A stretch of DNA of 64,000 nt, taken from NCBI RefSeq assembly GCF_026012015.1, contig NZ_BRXR01000001.1, positions 3,196,728 through 3,260,727 of the forward strand, in the 5' to 3' direction. The DNA is from Clostridium omnivorum. GTDB lineage: Bacteria; Bacillota; Clostridia; Clostridiales; Clostridiaceae. The translations under genes and the position numbers were made by a program. Within the stretch, counting starts at the first letter, position 1; each line of letters starts with the position of its first letter. Under the pieces are notes generated by a model that saw only the letters and a program-made list of their open reading frames with translations, searched no databases and was not told the origin of the DNA. Shown here piece by piece: positions 28,983 to 39,704 of the stretch.

Positions 28983-30521
28983 ATGAAGTTTAGTAAAAGA
29001 GCTGTGCTTTTGCTCATTATAGCAAGCAGCCTTATAATAAATACCAGCTGTCAGGAGATTAATAAAAAGCTGTCAGAAATAAATCCAAGTAGTGAAAAGC
29101 AGAAGATTGAAGAGGATACTTCAAAGGAAAATGTTAATAACAATGAAAAGGAGGAGGATAAGCCAGTGGAGGTTTCAAATAATGATGTTCAAAACAATAC
29201 TGAGAAAAAACAAGAAGAAGTAATAAAGGGAACTTTAGTACCAGGTACAAAACAAGAGATGATGACAGCTGATTACTGGATAAAGTTACTTAAGGATGGC
29301 AATAAAGTAATAATGAATGAGGAAAACATTCATAAGTTTAATACTAATATAATTAAAAAAGTAAGTACAGTGGTGGATATAAATAATTATAAGGCTTCAC
29401 TTACTAAAAAAGAATTGACTAATTTTATAAATGACTATAAGCTGCCAACAAAAACTATGTATGATTCAAAAGGCAAAGTTATAACTAAGGCATACTATGA
29501 TAAACTATTAAAAAATAGAAACCTTGAAAGTATTAAAGAAAATAATAAAGTAAGGTATGGGGTAGCGATAAAGAGAACTGCTATAAGGAGTTTTCCAGCT
29601 CTAGAAGGTGTATATGACAGCAGCAAGGAAGCAAGAATAGACAGATTTCAAGAAACCAGCTGCGAGCCATGTGAGCCAGTTATTATACTTCATACAAGCA
29701 AGGACGGAAAATGGTATTTTATCCAAACCTTTAATTACAGAGGGTGGACAAACATTGAAAATATTGCTGCTGCAAAGGATAAGAATGAATTCTTACAGTA
29801 TTCAAAGCCAGCGGAATTTATAGTCATTACTGGCACTCATGTAACTTTGGATAAAGATTTAAAAAATGTGCCTGTGAAAGATTTAGAATTTTATATGGGA
29901 AACAGGATTCCTATTGAAAAAAAAGATATACCAGAGAAAATAGACAGCATTTCAACTGAAGGAAAATACATAGTTAAGCTTCCAACTAGAAATGATAAAG
30001 GTTACTTAAGTGTACAGCTATCTATGATTACTAAGAATGAAGATGCAAGCCTAGGTTATTTAACATATACGAGAGCAAACATAATAAAGCAAGCTTTTAA
30101 GTTCCAAGGAGAAAAGTATGATTGGGGTAATAAATTTGATGGAGCGGATTGCTCAAGCTTTATAATGAGTGTTTATAAGACCTTTGGCATTGAGCTGCCA
30201 AGAAATACTGACGAGCAAGAAAAAAGTGCAGGTAAGGTTTTTATTTTTAAAAAGGGAGATAACAATACAAGCAGAAATGCTATTTTAGACAAGGTATTAC
30301 CTGGAGCAGCTATATATATGGAAGGGCATGTGATGATGTATCTTGGAAAAGTAAATGGTGAGCACTTTGTAATTCATGATTTTGCTGGATATGGAAAGAA
30401 GGATGGAGCTGCTTATGTTTTTGCACCAGTTTATGAAGTTGCTGTAACAACTACTATGTTACCTATGTCTAATGGAACGCCATATATTCAAAAGTTTACC
30501 TCTGCAATACAATTGCAATAA
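28983..30521 (+). CDS. Secreted/lipoprotein NlpC/P60-family cell-wall peptidase with an SH3-like domain
   Basis: Signal peptide plus lipobox (IINTSCQE). The C-terminal catalytic region DCSSFIMSVYKTFGIELPRNTDEQ contains the NlpC/P60 Cys, followed by the His of the catalytic triad (HVMMYLG). Confidence 0.75.
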   Translation: MKFSKRAVLLLIIASSLIINTSCQEINKKLSEINPSSEKQKIEEDTSKENVNNNEKEEDKPVEVSNNDVQNNTEKKQEEVIKGTLVPGTKQEMMTADYWIKLLKDGNKVIMNEENIHKFNTNIIKKVSTVVDINNYKASLTKKELTNFINDYKLPTKTMYDSKGKVITKAYYDKLLKNRNLESIKENNKVRYGVAIKRTAIRSFPALEGVYDSSKEARIDRFQETSCEPCEPVIILHTSKDGKWYFIQTFNYRGWTNIENIAAAKDKNEFLQYSKPAEFIVITGTHVTLDKDLKNVPVKDLEFYMGNRIPIEKKDIPEKIDSISTEGKYIVKLPTRNDKGYLSVQLSMITKNEDASLGYLTYTRANIIKQAFKFQGEKYDWGNKFDGADCSSFIMSVYKTFGIELPRNTDEQEKSAGKVFIFKKGDNNTSRNAILDKVLPGAAIYMEGHVMMYLGKVNGEHFVIHDFAGYGKKDGAAYVFAPVYEVAVTTTMLPMSNGTPYIQKFTSAIQLQ

Positions 30522-30591
30522 TAGACTTAATGCTATTTTAAATTTTATATACTAGAGCTTGAAAAAGACCACCATAAAGGTGGTCTTAAAA

Positions 30592-30921
30592 TTACTCCTT
30601 CTCAATTTTTACAGCAGTACCATAGCAAAGTACTTCTGTTATTCCTTGAGCAACGTCATTAGCGTCATATCTTACTCCAATTATTGCATTAGCGCCAATT
30701 TCTTCAGCATGTTCTATCATAAGATTAAAGGCATCTTCTCTAGCATTCTCGCAAAGCTCTGTATAGAGTGTTATATTACCGCCTACAAGGCTTTGAAGAC
30801 CGGCACCAATGTTTCCAACAATGCTTCTGGAGCGAACTATAATACCTCTAACAAGGCCTTCATATTCAACTATTTTATATCCTTGAAATTCAAAGGAAGT
30901 TGTAACAAATTTTTTCTCCAT
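30592..30921 (-). CDS. YbjQ/UPF0145-family protein
   Basis: MEKKFVTTSFEFQGYKIVEYEGLVRGIIVRSRS...GANAIIGVRYD matches the YbjQ family. The true start is the ATG at 30921 with RBS GAGAGG. Confidence 0.8.
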   Translation of the reverse strand: MEKKFVTTSFEFQGYKIVEYEGLVRGIIVRSRSIVGNIGAGLQSLVGGNITLYTELCENAREDAFNLMIEHAEEIGANAIIGVRYDANDVAQGITEVLCYGTAVKIEKE

Positions 30922-30941
30922 GAAATTACCTCTCAAATATA

Positions 30942-33077
30942 TTATTTATTTTCAATTTCTGTTGGTTTTATTTTATTTAATATTTCCTTTTTGATTTGTT
31001 CTGCATCTTTGGAATCCTCTGTTCTTACACCTTCACCTAGAGATAGCTTATCACTTAGTAGCAGCATAACTAAGCTTTCAAATGCATTGTGTACATTTCC
31101 TTCTTCCTTAGCTCCAGAAGTTATGATAGTCTTAGGAACTATGTCAACTTTTGAAGTTTTTATAGCCTCAGCAAAGTTATTCATAACATCTTGAACAATC
31201 TTATATTGAGAACCACCATATGCATTAACCTGTTCTTTTGCAGCTATACCTTTGGAAATACCAACTCTAGCTTCTCTATCGGCATCAGCTTCACCAACGG
31301 TCTTAATTTTGTAAGCTTCAGCTTCACCAGTTTGTTTTAGTTTATAAGCTTCAGCCTCAGCCTGCTGCTTTAATCTATATGCCTCGGCTTCAGCTTGTTG
31401 TTTAACTTTATAAGCGTCTGCTTCGGATAATCTTTGTATTTTTTCTGCATCCTGTCTAGACTTCATTAATTCTGCTTTACCTTGATTTTCTTGAATGTGA
31501 ATGTTTATATCTGATTCTGTTAAGGAAGTTTGTTGCTTAGCTATAGCTTCAGCTTCCTTTAATTCTTTTTCTTTCTCGGCAGCTTTTTGTTGAGTTTCAT
31601 AGGTTTCAAGCTGTTCTTTTGCAATTTGTCTTGATCGCAGCTGAGTTAATATTTGTTCAATATTAGAATCATTTTTGGAGCTTGTAGGTGTACCGATAAG
31701 TACCTCTTCTAGCTCTAAGTTGTAGTGTGTGAACTTGTTTTTCATTTCAACTGAAGATTGGTCTTGAATTTCATTTCTCTGCTGTATAAGTTCTATTAAA
31801 GTTTTTGTTTGACCAATATTTTTAAAGTAAGCAGATACCATTGGGTCCAAAGTTTGATCAACTAACATTTTTACATCACCGAATCTCTGTATAACCATAG
31901 GTGCCTTTTTATAGTCAATATGGAATACTACAGATAGTGGCAGTGAAGGCTCAAATGCATCCTTAGTAATAAGACTAACTTCTTTAAGATTTTCATCATA
32001 TCTATGATTTCCGCTTTGGTTTGATATCCATTTTAAAATTACGTTTGTAGTTGGAACTTGAATTATACTTCCAGCATAAGTATTAAATGCATATTTTCCT
32101 GGCATTAATGGTTCGCTCCAAACACCTCTAAAACCATTTTCAACTAACTCACCGTGCTTGTAGTCAGTACCTGAGCTATCTATTCCTTTTGCACCAGTAT
32201 AAGATACAACTACTCCAACAAAACCAACTGGTATAACTGTCTTTTTAATAAACTCAATAGTAGCAAATAATCTATTTATGAAATAGGTACCATCCGCTAG
32301 TACTTGATACTGCCTACCACGATAACCACCTGCTAAAAGGAACTTCTCTGGATCCTGAAAATTATTGTGGTAGTTCTCATCAGATGGATCATCACTTACA
32401 GTAGGACAAATAATATTATCTTTTCCTAGTGATGGGCCATCATGAACAGTTACTATTCCAACTAGGTCGCTTTCACCTTGAATTACAACAGGGTCAAAGC
32501 CATTTCTTTCAGAAATTTTTTGTGCCATGTTTATTATTGACTTTTGTTCAGAATCATTGCCCATTGGCAAATAGTAAGTCTTGTTTTCAGTTATTATAAT
32601 AAATTGTGCAAGGTTGAAGGAATACGTACCTTCACGAATGATTCCCCTTTGAGGACCCTTTTGGCCACCGTTTTTTATAAAACCACTTACATCTTGAAAG
32701 TTGTTTCCTTCAGCCACAATCTTACCTAAAGTTTGAGTTGGTTCAAGGGGCTTCCCGTCTCTAGCAAAGACATAGGCTATTTTACCTTGAGGTATAGTAA
32801 CAAGGGGAACAGTGTGTACTTTAAAAAGTAATGGAGTTAAAAAGTGAATACCTCCTCTTATTACATCAGGTTGATAACCTGCTTCGCCATTTAAAGCTAT
32901 AATTTGTTCATTTAGTGATCCTTTTCTTGACCACCATTTTTCGATGATAGCTACTCTATCATTTGGAATTATTCTAAATCCGGAAAGCCAGATTAGAAGC
33001 AGTAAGGCAATAATGCCAATACCAATTTTGATAAGTGTAGATACTTCCATAAAACTCATGATTAAATAACCCCCCAT
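30942..33077 (-). CDS. Long flotillin-family protein (SPFH/band-7 plus flotillin coiled-coil), FloT/YqiK-like
   Basis: N-terminal TM anchor and an SPFH domain. The C-terminal region has the EAEA heptad repeats typical of flotillins (AEAEAYRLKQQAEAEAYKLKQTGEAEAYKIK). Start is either the ATG at 33077 or the ATG at 33059. Confidence 0.7.
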   Translation of the reverse strand: MGGYLIMSFMEVSTLIKIGIGIIALLLLIWLSGFRIIPNDRVAIIEKWWSRKGSLNEQIIALNGEAGYQPDVIRGGIHFLTPLLFKVHTVPLVTIPQGKIAYVFARDGKPLEPTQTLGKIVAEGNNFQDVSGFIKNGGQKGPQRGIIREGTYSFNLAQFIIITENKTYYLPMGNDSEQKSIINMAQKISERNGFDPVVIQGESDLVGIVTVHDGPSLGKDNIICPTVSDDPSDENYHNNFQDPEKFLLAGGYRGRQYQVLADGTYFINRLFATIEFIKKTVIPVGFVGVVVSYTGAKGIDSSGTDYKHGELVENGFRGVWSEPLMPGKYAFNTYAGSIIQVPTTNVILKWISNQSGNHRYDENLKEVSLITKDAFEPSLPLSVVFHIDYKKAPMVIQRFGDVKMLVDQTLDPMVSAYFKNIGQTKTLIELIQQRNEIQDQSSVEMKNKFTHYNLELEEVLIGTPTSSKNDSNIEQILTQLRSRQIAKEQLETYETQQKAAEKEKELKEAEAIAKQQTSLTESDINIHIQENQGKAELMKSRQDAEKIQRLSEADAYKVKQQAEAEAYRLKQQAEAEAYKLKQTGEAEAYKIKTVGEADADREARVGISKGIAAKEQVNAYGGSQYKIVQDVMNNFAEAIKTSKVDIVPKTIITSGAKEEGNVHNAFESLVMLLLSDKLSLGEGVRTEDSKDAEQIKKEILNKIKPTEIENK

Positions 33078-33324
33078 AGGTCTATTTTATTGTAGTGAAT
33101 ATCACTTATACCGACAATATGTATCATATTAAGTGGTATTAAATATCACTACATATATTATTATATTCCCTCATATCTGATATCACAATCTTGAACTTAG
33201 ACAATAGTAAAATACAGAACATTACTTTGAATAGATAATTGAATTATAAGTTAGGTTTACTTAAGTTTGCTTGTTTTTGCTTCAATTATCATGGTAATTA
33301 AAAATAAAAGAGTGTAATTTTTAA

Positions 33325-34698
33325 TTACACTCTTTTGGATTCCCAAGTACCTTTATGATAAGAAATATATATTACCACAAGTTCTACAAGTTCTGCTATT
33401 AAATAGCTGAGCCAAACGAAGGCTATAGGTAAATGAAGAAGATATATAATTGCAAATAGTAAAGGAACTTGTACTCCCCACCTAGCTATAATACTTGATA
33501 TAAGAAAGGGAATATTATGGCCAGAGCCCGAAAAAACAGAACCAAGACCCATAAATATGCCGGAAGCTATAAGTCCAGGAGTTACAATTCTAAGCATAGG
33601 TATACCAGCTTCTATAACATCAGGGCTATCAATAAATATTGCCATAATGGTTTTAGGAAAAATTAGTGCAGCTAGACTAATGATAATCATCAGCACAACG
33701 TTTATAATTACAGCCTCTCTAACGGTGGATTTAGCCCTCTTTATATCATGGCCACCAAGACACTGACCAACTATTGCGCTGCTCCCCATTGCAAAACCCA
33801 CAAGTGGCATAAACGCAAAGCCAAACAATCTATTTCCAATTCCAATGGCAGCTACTGCAGAAGTGCCGTATAGGGATACTAATTTTAATGTTACCAGGCC
33901 TGATAGATTTCTTAAAAGTACTTCAAAGCCAGAGGGAAGTCCTATAGTTACAAGCTTCCAATCGATTTCTTTATTGAGCTTAAATAATCCTTTTATCGAT
34001 GGTTTAATCTTTGTTTTTCCAGACATCAAAATATAAAAACCTACAATAAATGAAAAGCTAATGGAAATAACTGTAGCAAGACCTGCACCAAAGACCCCTA
34101 AATTGAACCCAGGAAGATTTATAAAAGGTATAGTTTTAAACATAAAAATAGGATCTAGTATTATGTTTAAAACTGCTGCTATTGCCATAAAAATCATTGG
34201 CCTTTTGGCATCTCCTAAACATCTAAGCGCAGTATTTACAGTATATGAAGAAAACATTATAGGTAAAAAGAATATTCTAATATACCCAAAGTCTAGTGCA
34301 GCTTTTAAAACCTCTTGGTCACTAGAGAAAAAGTGAAGAAGTGGTTTTAAAATCATTATAATAATTAAACTTGCTATTACAGCAACTAGTGCCTTAAAAG
34401 TAAAGGTTTGTTCTACAGCAAGCTTTGTTCTTTCTTCATCTCCGCTTCCATAGCTTTGAGATATAATTGATATAGAACTTGTTCCTATTATTTCATTCAA
34501 TACCTCTACAAGCCAAAAGATGGTAGCAAATATTGTTACTCCAGCTACTGCAGAGGCAGAAATTCTTCCTATCCAAATAATATCAATAATATCATATACG
34601 GATTGGAATACGAAGCCAAGCATAGTTGGAATTGACATCTTAAGTAGATTTTCAAGAATGTTTCCTTGGAGCAGCTCACGTGAATCAGTTTTACCCAT
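33325..34698 (-). CDS. MATE-family multidrug/efflux transporter
   Basis: Twelve TM helices and typical MATE N-terminus (LLKMSIPTMLGFVFQSVYDIIDIIWIGR). RBS GGAGGT. Confidence 0.8.
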   Translation of the reverse strand: MGKTDSRELLQGNILENLLKMSIPTMLGFVFQSVYDIIDIIWIGRISASAVAGVTIFATIFWLVEVLNEIIGTSSISIISQSYGSGDEERTKLAVEQTFTFKALVAVIASLIIIMILKPLLHFFSSDQEVLKAALDFGYIRIFFLPIMFSSYTVNTALRCLGDAKRPMIFMAIAAVLNIILDPIFMFKTIPFINLPGFNLGVFGAGLATVISISFSFIVGFYILMSGKTKIKPSIKGLFKLNKEIDWKLVTIGLPSGFEVLLRNLSGLVTLKLVSLYGTSAVAAIGIGNRLFGFAFMPLVGFAMGSSAIVGQCLGGHDIKRAKSTVREAVIINVVLMIIISLAALIFPKTIMAIFIDSPDVIEAGIPMLRIVTPGLIASGIFMGLGSVFSGSGHNIPFLISSIIARWGVQVPLLFAIIYLLHLPIAFVWLSYLIAELVELVVIYISYHKGTWESKRV

Positions 34699-34823
34699 AA
34701 GAATACCTCCATAAATAAGAAATACACTAATAATGTTATCATAAACTATGTATACTAATAAAGTATATTCTTGAAAATATTAGAAAACTTTAAGTGTTAT
34801 AAAAATATAAAATATATTTAAAT

Positions 34824-34857
34824 AAAAAAGTAGAGAGCATCCAATATAGATGCTCTC
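34824..34857 (-). terminator. Intrinsic terminator for the SASP gene
   Basis: GAGAGCATC-CAATATA-GATGCTCTC with a T-run on the minus strand. Confidence 0.6.
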
Positions 34858-34869
34858 CAGCAAATTACC

Positions 34870-35067
34870 TTATTTTAAACCTTGTTCATAGGATTCAACC
34901 ATTTTCTTAACCATTTGGCCACCTACTGAACCATTTTCTCTGGAAGTAAGGTCTCCATTGTATCCTTGGCTTAGGTTAACTCCAACTTCTCTAGCTGCTT
35001 CCATCTTGAAATTGTTAAGTCCTTCTCTAGCTTGTGGTACTAAAACTCTATTACTTCTACTTGACAT
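34870..35067 (-). CDS. Alpha/beta-type small acid-soluble spore protein
   Basis: Canonical SASP blocks KMEAAREVGVNL and GSVGGQMVKKMVE. Length 65 aa. Confidence 0.85.
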   Translation of the reverse strand: MSSRSNRVLVPQAREGLNNFKMEAAREVGVNLSQGYNGDLTSRENGSVGGQMVKKMVESYEQGLK

Positions 35068-35329
35068 AATTTTGTCCTCCTTAATATGTTCAAATTTTAA
35101 TCTTAGTGTTAGTTAATATGAACCTATATGATAAGCAATTGGTAACCTTCACTTAAGATTAATTTAATTTTGTAATTATAATTTGCTCAAAATTGAATAT
35201 AATACTCTATGAGATTATAGGAAATAGAGTCAAGCTATAGCCAAGGATGGTTACTGAAAACAATTAATGAATAACATGGAAAAAGCAGCTATAAAGCTGC
35301 TAAATTTTTATTTAATCTAATGTAATTTT

Positions 35330-35986
35330 TTAATTTGCAATAGGCTTACTTTTTATATAAACTCTAAAGATTAACTCCTCGACCAAAGAAAAGATGCTTG
35401 AGGTTATAAAATACAAACCTAAAGCTACAGGAGCTTTTATAGTAATAAAGAGACTTACAGTACTTCCAACAAGGCTGTTTATAATTGTAGCTAGCTTAGA
35501 AGTTTTTTCAGTCTTATAAGCCTTCATATACTGTGCTGCTGGAAGAAAATTTGGAAGCATTACTGAAATGGTATATAGTACAGGAATTATATAAAATTTA
35601 TCTACAGCCTTAAGATTAGATACCCAAGGAACTATTACAGTGCTTACTTCCATAGGAATTTTCAATACTACATTATAGAGAGTAAAAATAATGGGAAGCT
35701 GCATGAAACTAACCAGGCATCCAAGATAAGTTTTAGAATTTTCCTTATAAAATTCTTGTAGTTCTGATTCCAACTTTTTTGGGTTCGATTTGTATTTTTC
35801 CTTTAATTCATTTATTTTCACAGAGATCTTTTGCTGCTTAACCATATTTATTTTCTGCTTTAAAGATAGAGGCATTAGTAATAATCTTACTAGTATTGTT
35901 AAGATTACTATTGCAATTCCAAAATCCTTTGTAAATAGAAATAAGTTGTTTAATAAAAAACTTAAAAAATCAAAAATAATATTCAT
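35330..35986 (-). CDS. YidC/Oxa1-family membrane protein insertase (short form)
   Basis: IAIVILTILVRLLLMPLSLKQ helix and overall TM pattern of Gram-positive YidC/SpoIIIJ proteins. RBS GGGGAG. Confidence 0.65.
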   Translation of the reverse strand: MNIIFDFLSFLLNNLFLFTKDFGIAIVILTILVRLLLMPLSLKQKINMVKQQKISVKINELKEKYKSNPKKLESELQEFYKENSKTYLGCLVSFMQLPIIFTLYNVVLKIPMEVSTVIVPWVSNLKAVDKFYIIPVLYTISVMLPNFLPAAQYMKAYKTEKTSKLATIINSLVGSTVSLFITIKAPVALGLYFITSSIFSLVEELIFRVYIKSKPIAN

Positions 35987-36031
35987 TTTTTGCTCCCCTT
36001 CTTCTAATATTACATGATAACATCATGCTTA

Positions 36032-36268
36032 TTAAAAGAGAAAGCTGTAGCGCCATATCTCATATTTTTCAAATACAAAAAAATCTATTGGACTTAATTT
36101 CCTTGAATAATTAAGTGCATAAGAAAGTTTCTTGTATACTAGGCTGCTATGTATTTTATAAATAGTTTTTTTATATGAATACTTTATATATGAAAATATT
36201 ACAGAAATTGAAGTAATAATTAATATTAAGTTAATGAAATTTAAAGCATCTAGCTTCATGGTGTTCAC
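36032..36268 (-). CDS. Hypothetical small membrane protein
   Basis: ORF only, with one predicted TM helix. Weak support. Confidence 0.2.
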   Translation of the reverse strand: MNTMKLDALNFINLILIITSISVIFSYIKYSYKKTIYKIHSSLVYKKLSYALNYSRKLSPIDFFVFEKYEIWRYSFLF

Positions 36269-36451
36269 TCCTGTAAGTTTACTACAATATAGATATTATG
36301 ATACTCTAAAGAAAGAAATAATCAAGTCTGTATTAAATAGTTAACATTAATTTAATAAGTGTTTAATTATACTGCATATATTATAATACGAATTTTTACA
36401 TACAAAAAATCCTTACATCATATATGATATAAGGATTTAATTGGCATAATT

Positions 36452-36871
36452 CTAAACTTTTTCTACTGATAATGATAATAAATTATAACAATAACTTATT
36501 ATATCACTTCTCTTAACTATTCCGATAAAGGCGTTTCTATCATCAACTACTGGAACAAAGTTTTGATTTATAGAAGTTAATATTAAATCTTCAATATTAG
36601 CATTAATGTATACTGGTTTATTATGCACATGTCTCTCTATTTGATTTAAAAGTATTCTATTAGTATTTTGGAAATTTAATTCAGGAGTGTTTTTTAGCTT
36701 CCAGAGTAAATCCCCTTCGGTTAGTGTGCCAATATAAGAGCCATCATCATCAACAAGTGGTATTGAAGTATATCTATGATGTTCCATACTTTCAAGTGCC
36801 TGCCTCATTGTTGAGTTAGGTGTTAAGTATACCACATCTTCTTTAGGTGTGATAAAAAAGGCGATATTCAT
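36452..36871 (-). CDS. CBS-domain pair protein
   Basis: Two CBS-like motifs (VVYLTPNSTMRQAL... and PVVDDRNAFIGIVKRSDI). The start is the ATG at 36871 with RBS AGGAGGA, not the upstream ATG of the ORF track. Confidence 0.6.
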   Translation of the reverse strand: MNIAFFITPKEDVVYLTPNSTMRQALESMEHHRYTSIPLVDDDGSYIGTLTEGDLLWKLKNTPELNFQNTNRILLNQIERHVHNKPVYINANIEDLILTSINQNFVPVVDDRNAFIGIVKRSDIISYCYNLLSLSVEKV

Positions 36872-37201
36872 TAAAATTCCTCCTTGTAGTAGGAAATAAT
36901 ATTTTTCTAAATTTAAATTCAACACAATTAAATTCTAACATACAACAATGTATAGGTCAAAGGAAGTAATTAATACTGTTTTAAGTGTTAAAACTTACTA
37001 AGCCTAATTAGCTTTAAATATTATGTCCAATCTAATGCTTATGCATTAAGGCTTAAATTATTGCTTGTCTTTAAAGATTTTTTGAAAATTAACAAAATTT
37101 TCAGGCTTTTAATATGCATTTATATTATAATAGTATGTATAAATTTAGTGCGGGAAGCCAAACAAGATAACTTGAAATATTAAATCATAGGAGTTAATTT
37201 T

Positions 37202-38476
37202 ATGAAAGAGAATAGAGAGGTATTAGAAAAATTAAAGAAACTTGAACCAGTATTATGGGAAAATAATGACTATATAGATGCAGCTGCAGGAATTGACAGT
37301 ACTAGAATAGATATTAAAAAAGTATATGAAGCAGAAGATAGATTAATAAGATTTGCACCATTAATAAAAAAGTTATTTCCAGAGACAGTAGACGGCATTA
37401 TTGAATCACCCTTAGTTGAAATTCAAAGCATGAAAAAATCACTAGAAAGCTATTATAATAAAAGCATAGAAGGCAAAATGTTTTTAAAGTGCGACAGCGA
37501 ACTTAAAATAGCAGGTTCTGTAAAGGCAAGAGGCGGAATATATGAAGTTTTGAAACATGCAGAGGATATTGCTTTAGAATCAGGCAAATTTAGCCTGCAG
37601 GATGATTATTCAGTTTTGATGAGTGAAAGCTTTAAAGAGTTATTTTCGACTTATAAAATAGCAGTTGGGTCTACTGGAAACTTAGGGCTCAGCATTGGTA
37701 TAATGTCTTCTGCCTTAGGATTTAATGTAACTGTGCATATGTCTAGGGATGCTAAAAGGTGGAAAAAGGACTTACTTAGGAGTAAAGGAGTAACGGTAAT
37801 TGAGTATGAGGAAGACTACAGTAAGGCTGTAGAACAAGGGAGGAAACAATGTACAGGTGATCCAAAAGCATATTTTATTGATGATGAAAATTCCATTGAT
37901 TTGTTTTTAGGATATAGCATTGCTGCTTTAAGACTTAAGACACAGCTATGGGAGCTGGGACTAACCATTGATGAAGAACATAAGCTTAATCTCTATTTAC
38001 CTTGCGGAGTAGGAGGAGCACCAGGAGGAATAACTTTTGGAGCAAAGCTGATTTTTGGGAACAATGTTAAATGCTATTTTGTGGAGCCTACCCACGCACC
38101 CTGTATGCTGCTTGGACTTCTTACAGGAAGGTATAATAAGGTACATGTTAGAGATTATAATATTGATAATATAACTGAGGCAGATGGATTAGCAGTAGGT
38201 TCCCCCTCCAAATTGGTTTCAATGGTTGCAGAGGAACTAATGGATGGGGAGTACACTATACAGGATGAAGAGATGTTTAAGCTTCTGGCACTACTAAGGG
38301 ATAGTGAAGGGCGAAAGGTAGAAGTATCTGCCGCAGCTTCTTTGCTTGGACCAACACTTTTACAGGCTGATGAAAACACTATACATATTTCTTGGGCAAC
38401 GGGAGGATTACTTTTACCAGAGCAGGAATATTTAAATGCTTATAAAACTGGAAAGCAGTATTTGCAGCAGAGGTAA
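37202..38476 (+). CDS. dsdA: D-serine ammonia-lyase (PLP-dependent)
   Basis: PLP-lysine motif GSVKARGGIYEV and a length of about 424 aa match DsdA. Confidence 0.8.
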   Translation: MKENREVLEKLKKLEPVLWENNDYIDAAAGIDSTRIDIKKVYEAEDRLIRFAPLIKKLFPETVDGIIESPLVEIQSMKKSLESYYNKSIEGKMFLKCDSELKIAGSVKARGGIYEVLKHAEDIALESGKFSLQDDYSVLMSESFKELFSTYKIAVGSTGNLGLSIGIMSSALGFNVTVHMSRDAKRWKKDLLRSKGVTVIEYEEDYSKAVEQGRKQCTGDPKAYFIDDENSIDLFLGYSIAALRLKTQLWELGLTIDEEHKLNLYLPCGVGGAPGGITFGAKLIFGNNVKCYFVEPTHAPCMLLGLLTGRYNKVHVRDYNIDNITEADGLAVGSPSKLVSMVAEELMDGEYTIQDEEMFKLLALLRDSEGRKVEVSAAASLLGPTLLQADENTIHISWATGGLLLPEQEYLNAYKTGKQYLQQR

Positions 38477-38531
38477 ATTTAAAATAAATTGATGCTGAAA
38501 TAGAAAATTTTTTTATAAGGGGTGATAACTG

Positions 38532-39257
38532 ATGTCTTTAAATTTTGCACACAGAGGAGCCAGTGGGGAATATCCTGAAAATACAATGCTGGCATTCCAA
38601 AAGGCAGTTGAAATGGGCTGTGATGGAATTGAAACGGATGTTCAATTAACTAAGGATGGAGTGCTTGTCATATGCCATGATGAGCTCTTAGATAGAACTA
38701 CAGATGGAACTGGTATTTTGGCTGAAAAGACCTATGAGGAGCTAAGCAAGCTAAATGCAGCTGCACAGTGGAAGGATAAATACAAGAATATTAGGATTCC
38801 TACATTAGATGAGCTCTTAGAGTTTGCATGTGAAAAAAATATTCTACTGAATATTGAAATAAAGAATAGCGTTATTAATTATAAAAATATAGAAAAAATG
38901 ATAATTCATAAGCTATATGATTATAAAATTGAGGAAAAGGTTATTATTTCATCCTTTAACCATTATTCTATAGCAAGATGTAGGGCAATAGACAGCTCTA
39001 TAAAGCTAGGGGTGCTATATTGCAGCAAGCTCTATGAACCTTGGAATTATGCAAAGCAAATAGGCGCTGATGCTCTTCATCCTCTATTTTACACTTTGGA
39101 TGATGAAGATATTAAGGCTATAAAGAAAGCAAACCTTGCTATTAATACTTATACTGTAAATGAGGAAAAGTACATGAGACAGTTGATAGCATTGGGAATA
39201 GATGGGATTATAACTAATTATCCAGATAAGCTAAAAAAAATAATAGAAGAAATGTGA
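38532..39257 (+). CDS. Glycerophosphodiester phosphodiesterase
   Basis: Catalytic motifs of the GDPD family: [32 protein letters not shown]. Confidence 0.8.
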   Translation: MSLNFAHRGASGEYPENTMLAFQKAVEMGCDGIETDVQLTKDGVLVICHDELLDRTTDGTGILAEKTYEELSKLNAAAQWKDKYKNIRIPTLDELLEFACEKNILLNIEIKNSVINYKNIEKMIIHKLYDYKIEEKVIISSFNHYSIARCRAIDSSIKLGVLYCSKLYEPWNYAKQIGADALHPLFYTLDDEDIKAIKKANLAINTYTVNEEKYMRQLIALGIDGIITNYPDKLKKIIEEM

Positions 39258-39320
39258 TAAATTAATAATATTTGCATATGAGGTTATTATATAAGAAGAA
39301 GAATAAAACGAGGTGATACT

Positions 39321-39680
39321 GTGCCTAAGGTAGGTAAAATAATAAAAGTTGCAGGTTCTTTAGTTGGAATAGCTGCGGAGTATAATATTAAGCTTTCTGG
39401 AATAGTAGTTGGAGGCGTGGCTAGACTTGCTAATAAAGATAAGTTTGCAGACAGGGCTGAAGCAGTGACTAATACTATAGGAAATATAGCTAACAAGGGT
39501 ACAAAGCTTACTACTAGTCTTGCAGGAGATTTAGTGGATTTGACGCTTGATAAAAGTATAAAGATTGTAAAAAAGGTAGGAAAAAGCACAGTTAAAACTG
39601 AAGTCAAAATGTATGGAGATACTAAGAACTTTTATGATTCCGAAAAATACATACAGGCTGACTTTGAAATCATAAAGTAA
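39321..39680 (+). CDS. Hypothetical protein (119 aa)
   Basis: GTG start with RBS AGGTGA. The antisense ORF 39287-39607 is judged spurious. Confidence 0.35.
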   Translation: MPKVGKIIKVAGSLVGIAAEYNIKLSGIVVGGVARLANKDKFADRAEAVTNTIGNIANKGTKLTTSLAGDLVDLTLDKSIKIVKKVGKSTVKTEVKMYGDTKNFYDSEKYIQADFEIIK

Positions 39681-39704
39681 CAAACCGGGGAGAGGGGAAT
39701 AAAT

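Noticed and set aside
30559-31194. A 211-aa plus-strand ORF overlapping ybjQ and the flotillin 3' end.
   Set aside because: It is antisense to two well-supported minus-strand genes, has a low-complexity translation and has no RBS.
39287-39607. A 106-aa minus-strand ORF overlapping the 119-aa plus-strand hypothetical gene.
   Set aside because: The Leu/Ser/Thr/Pro-rich translation is typical of an antisense frame, and it has no start signals. The plus-strand gene has RBS plus GTG.
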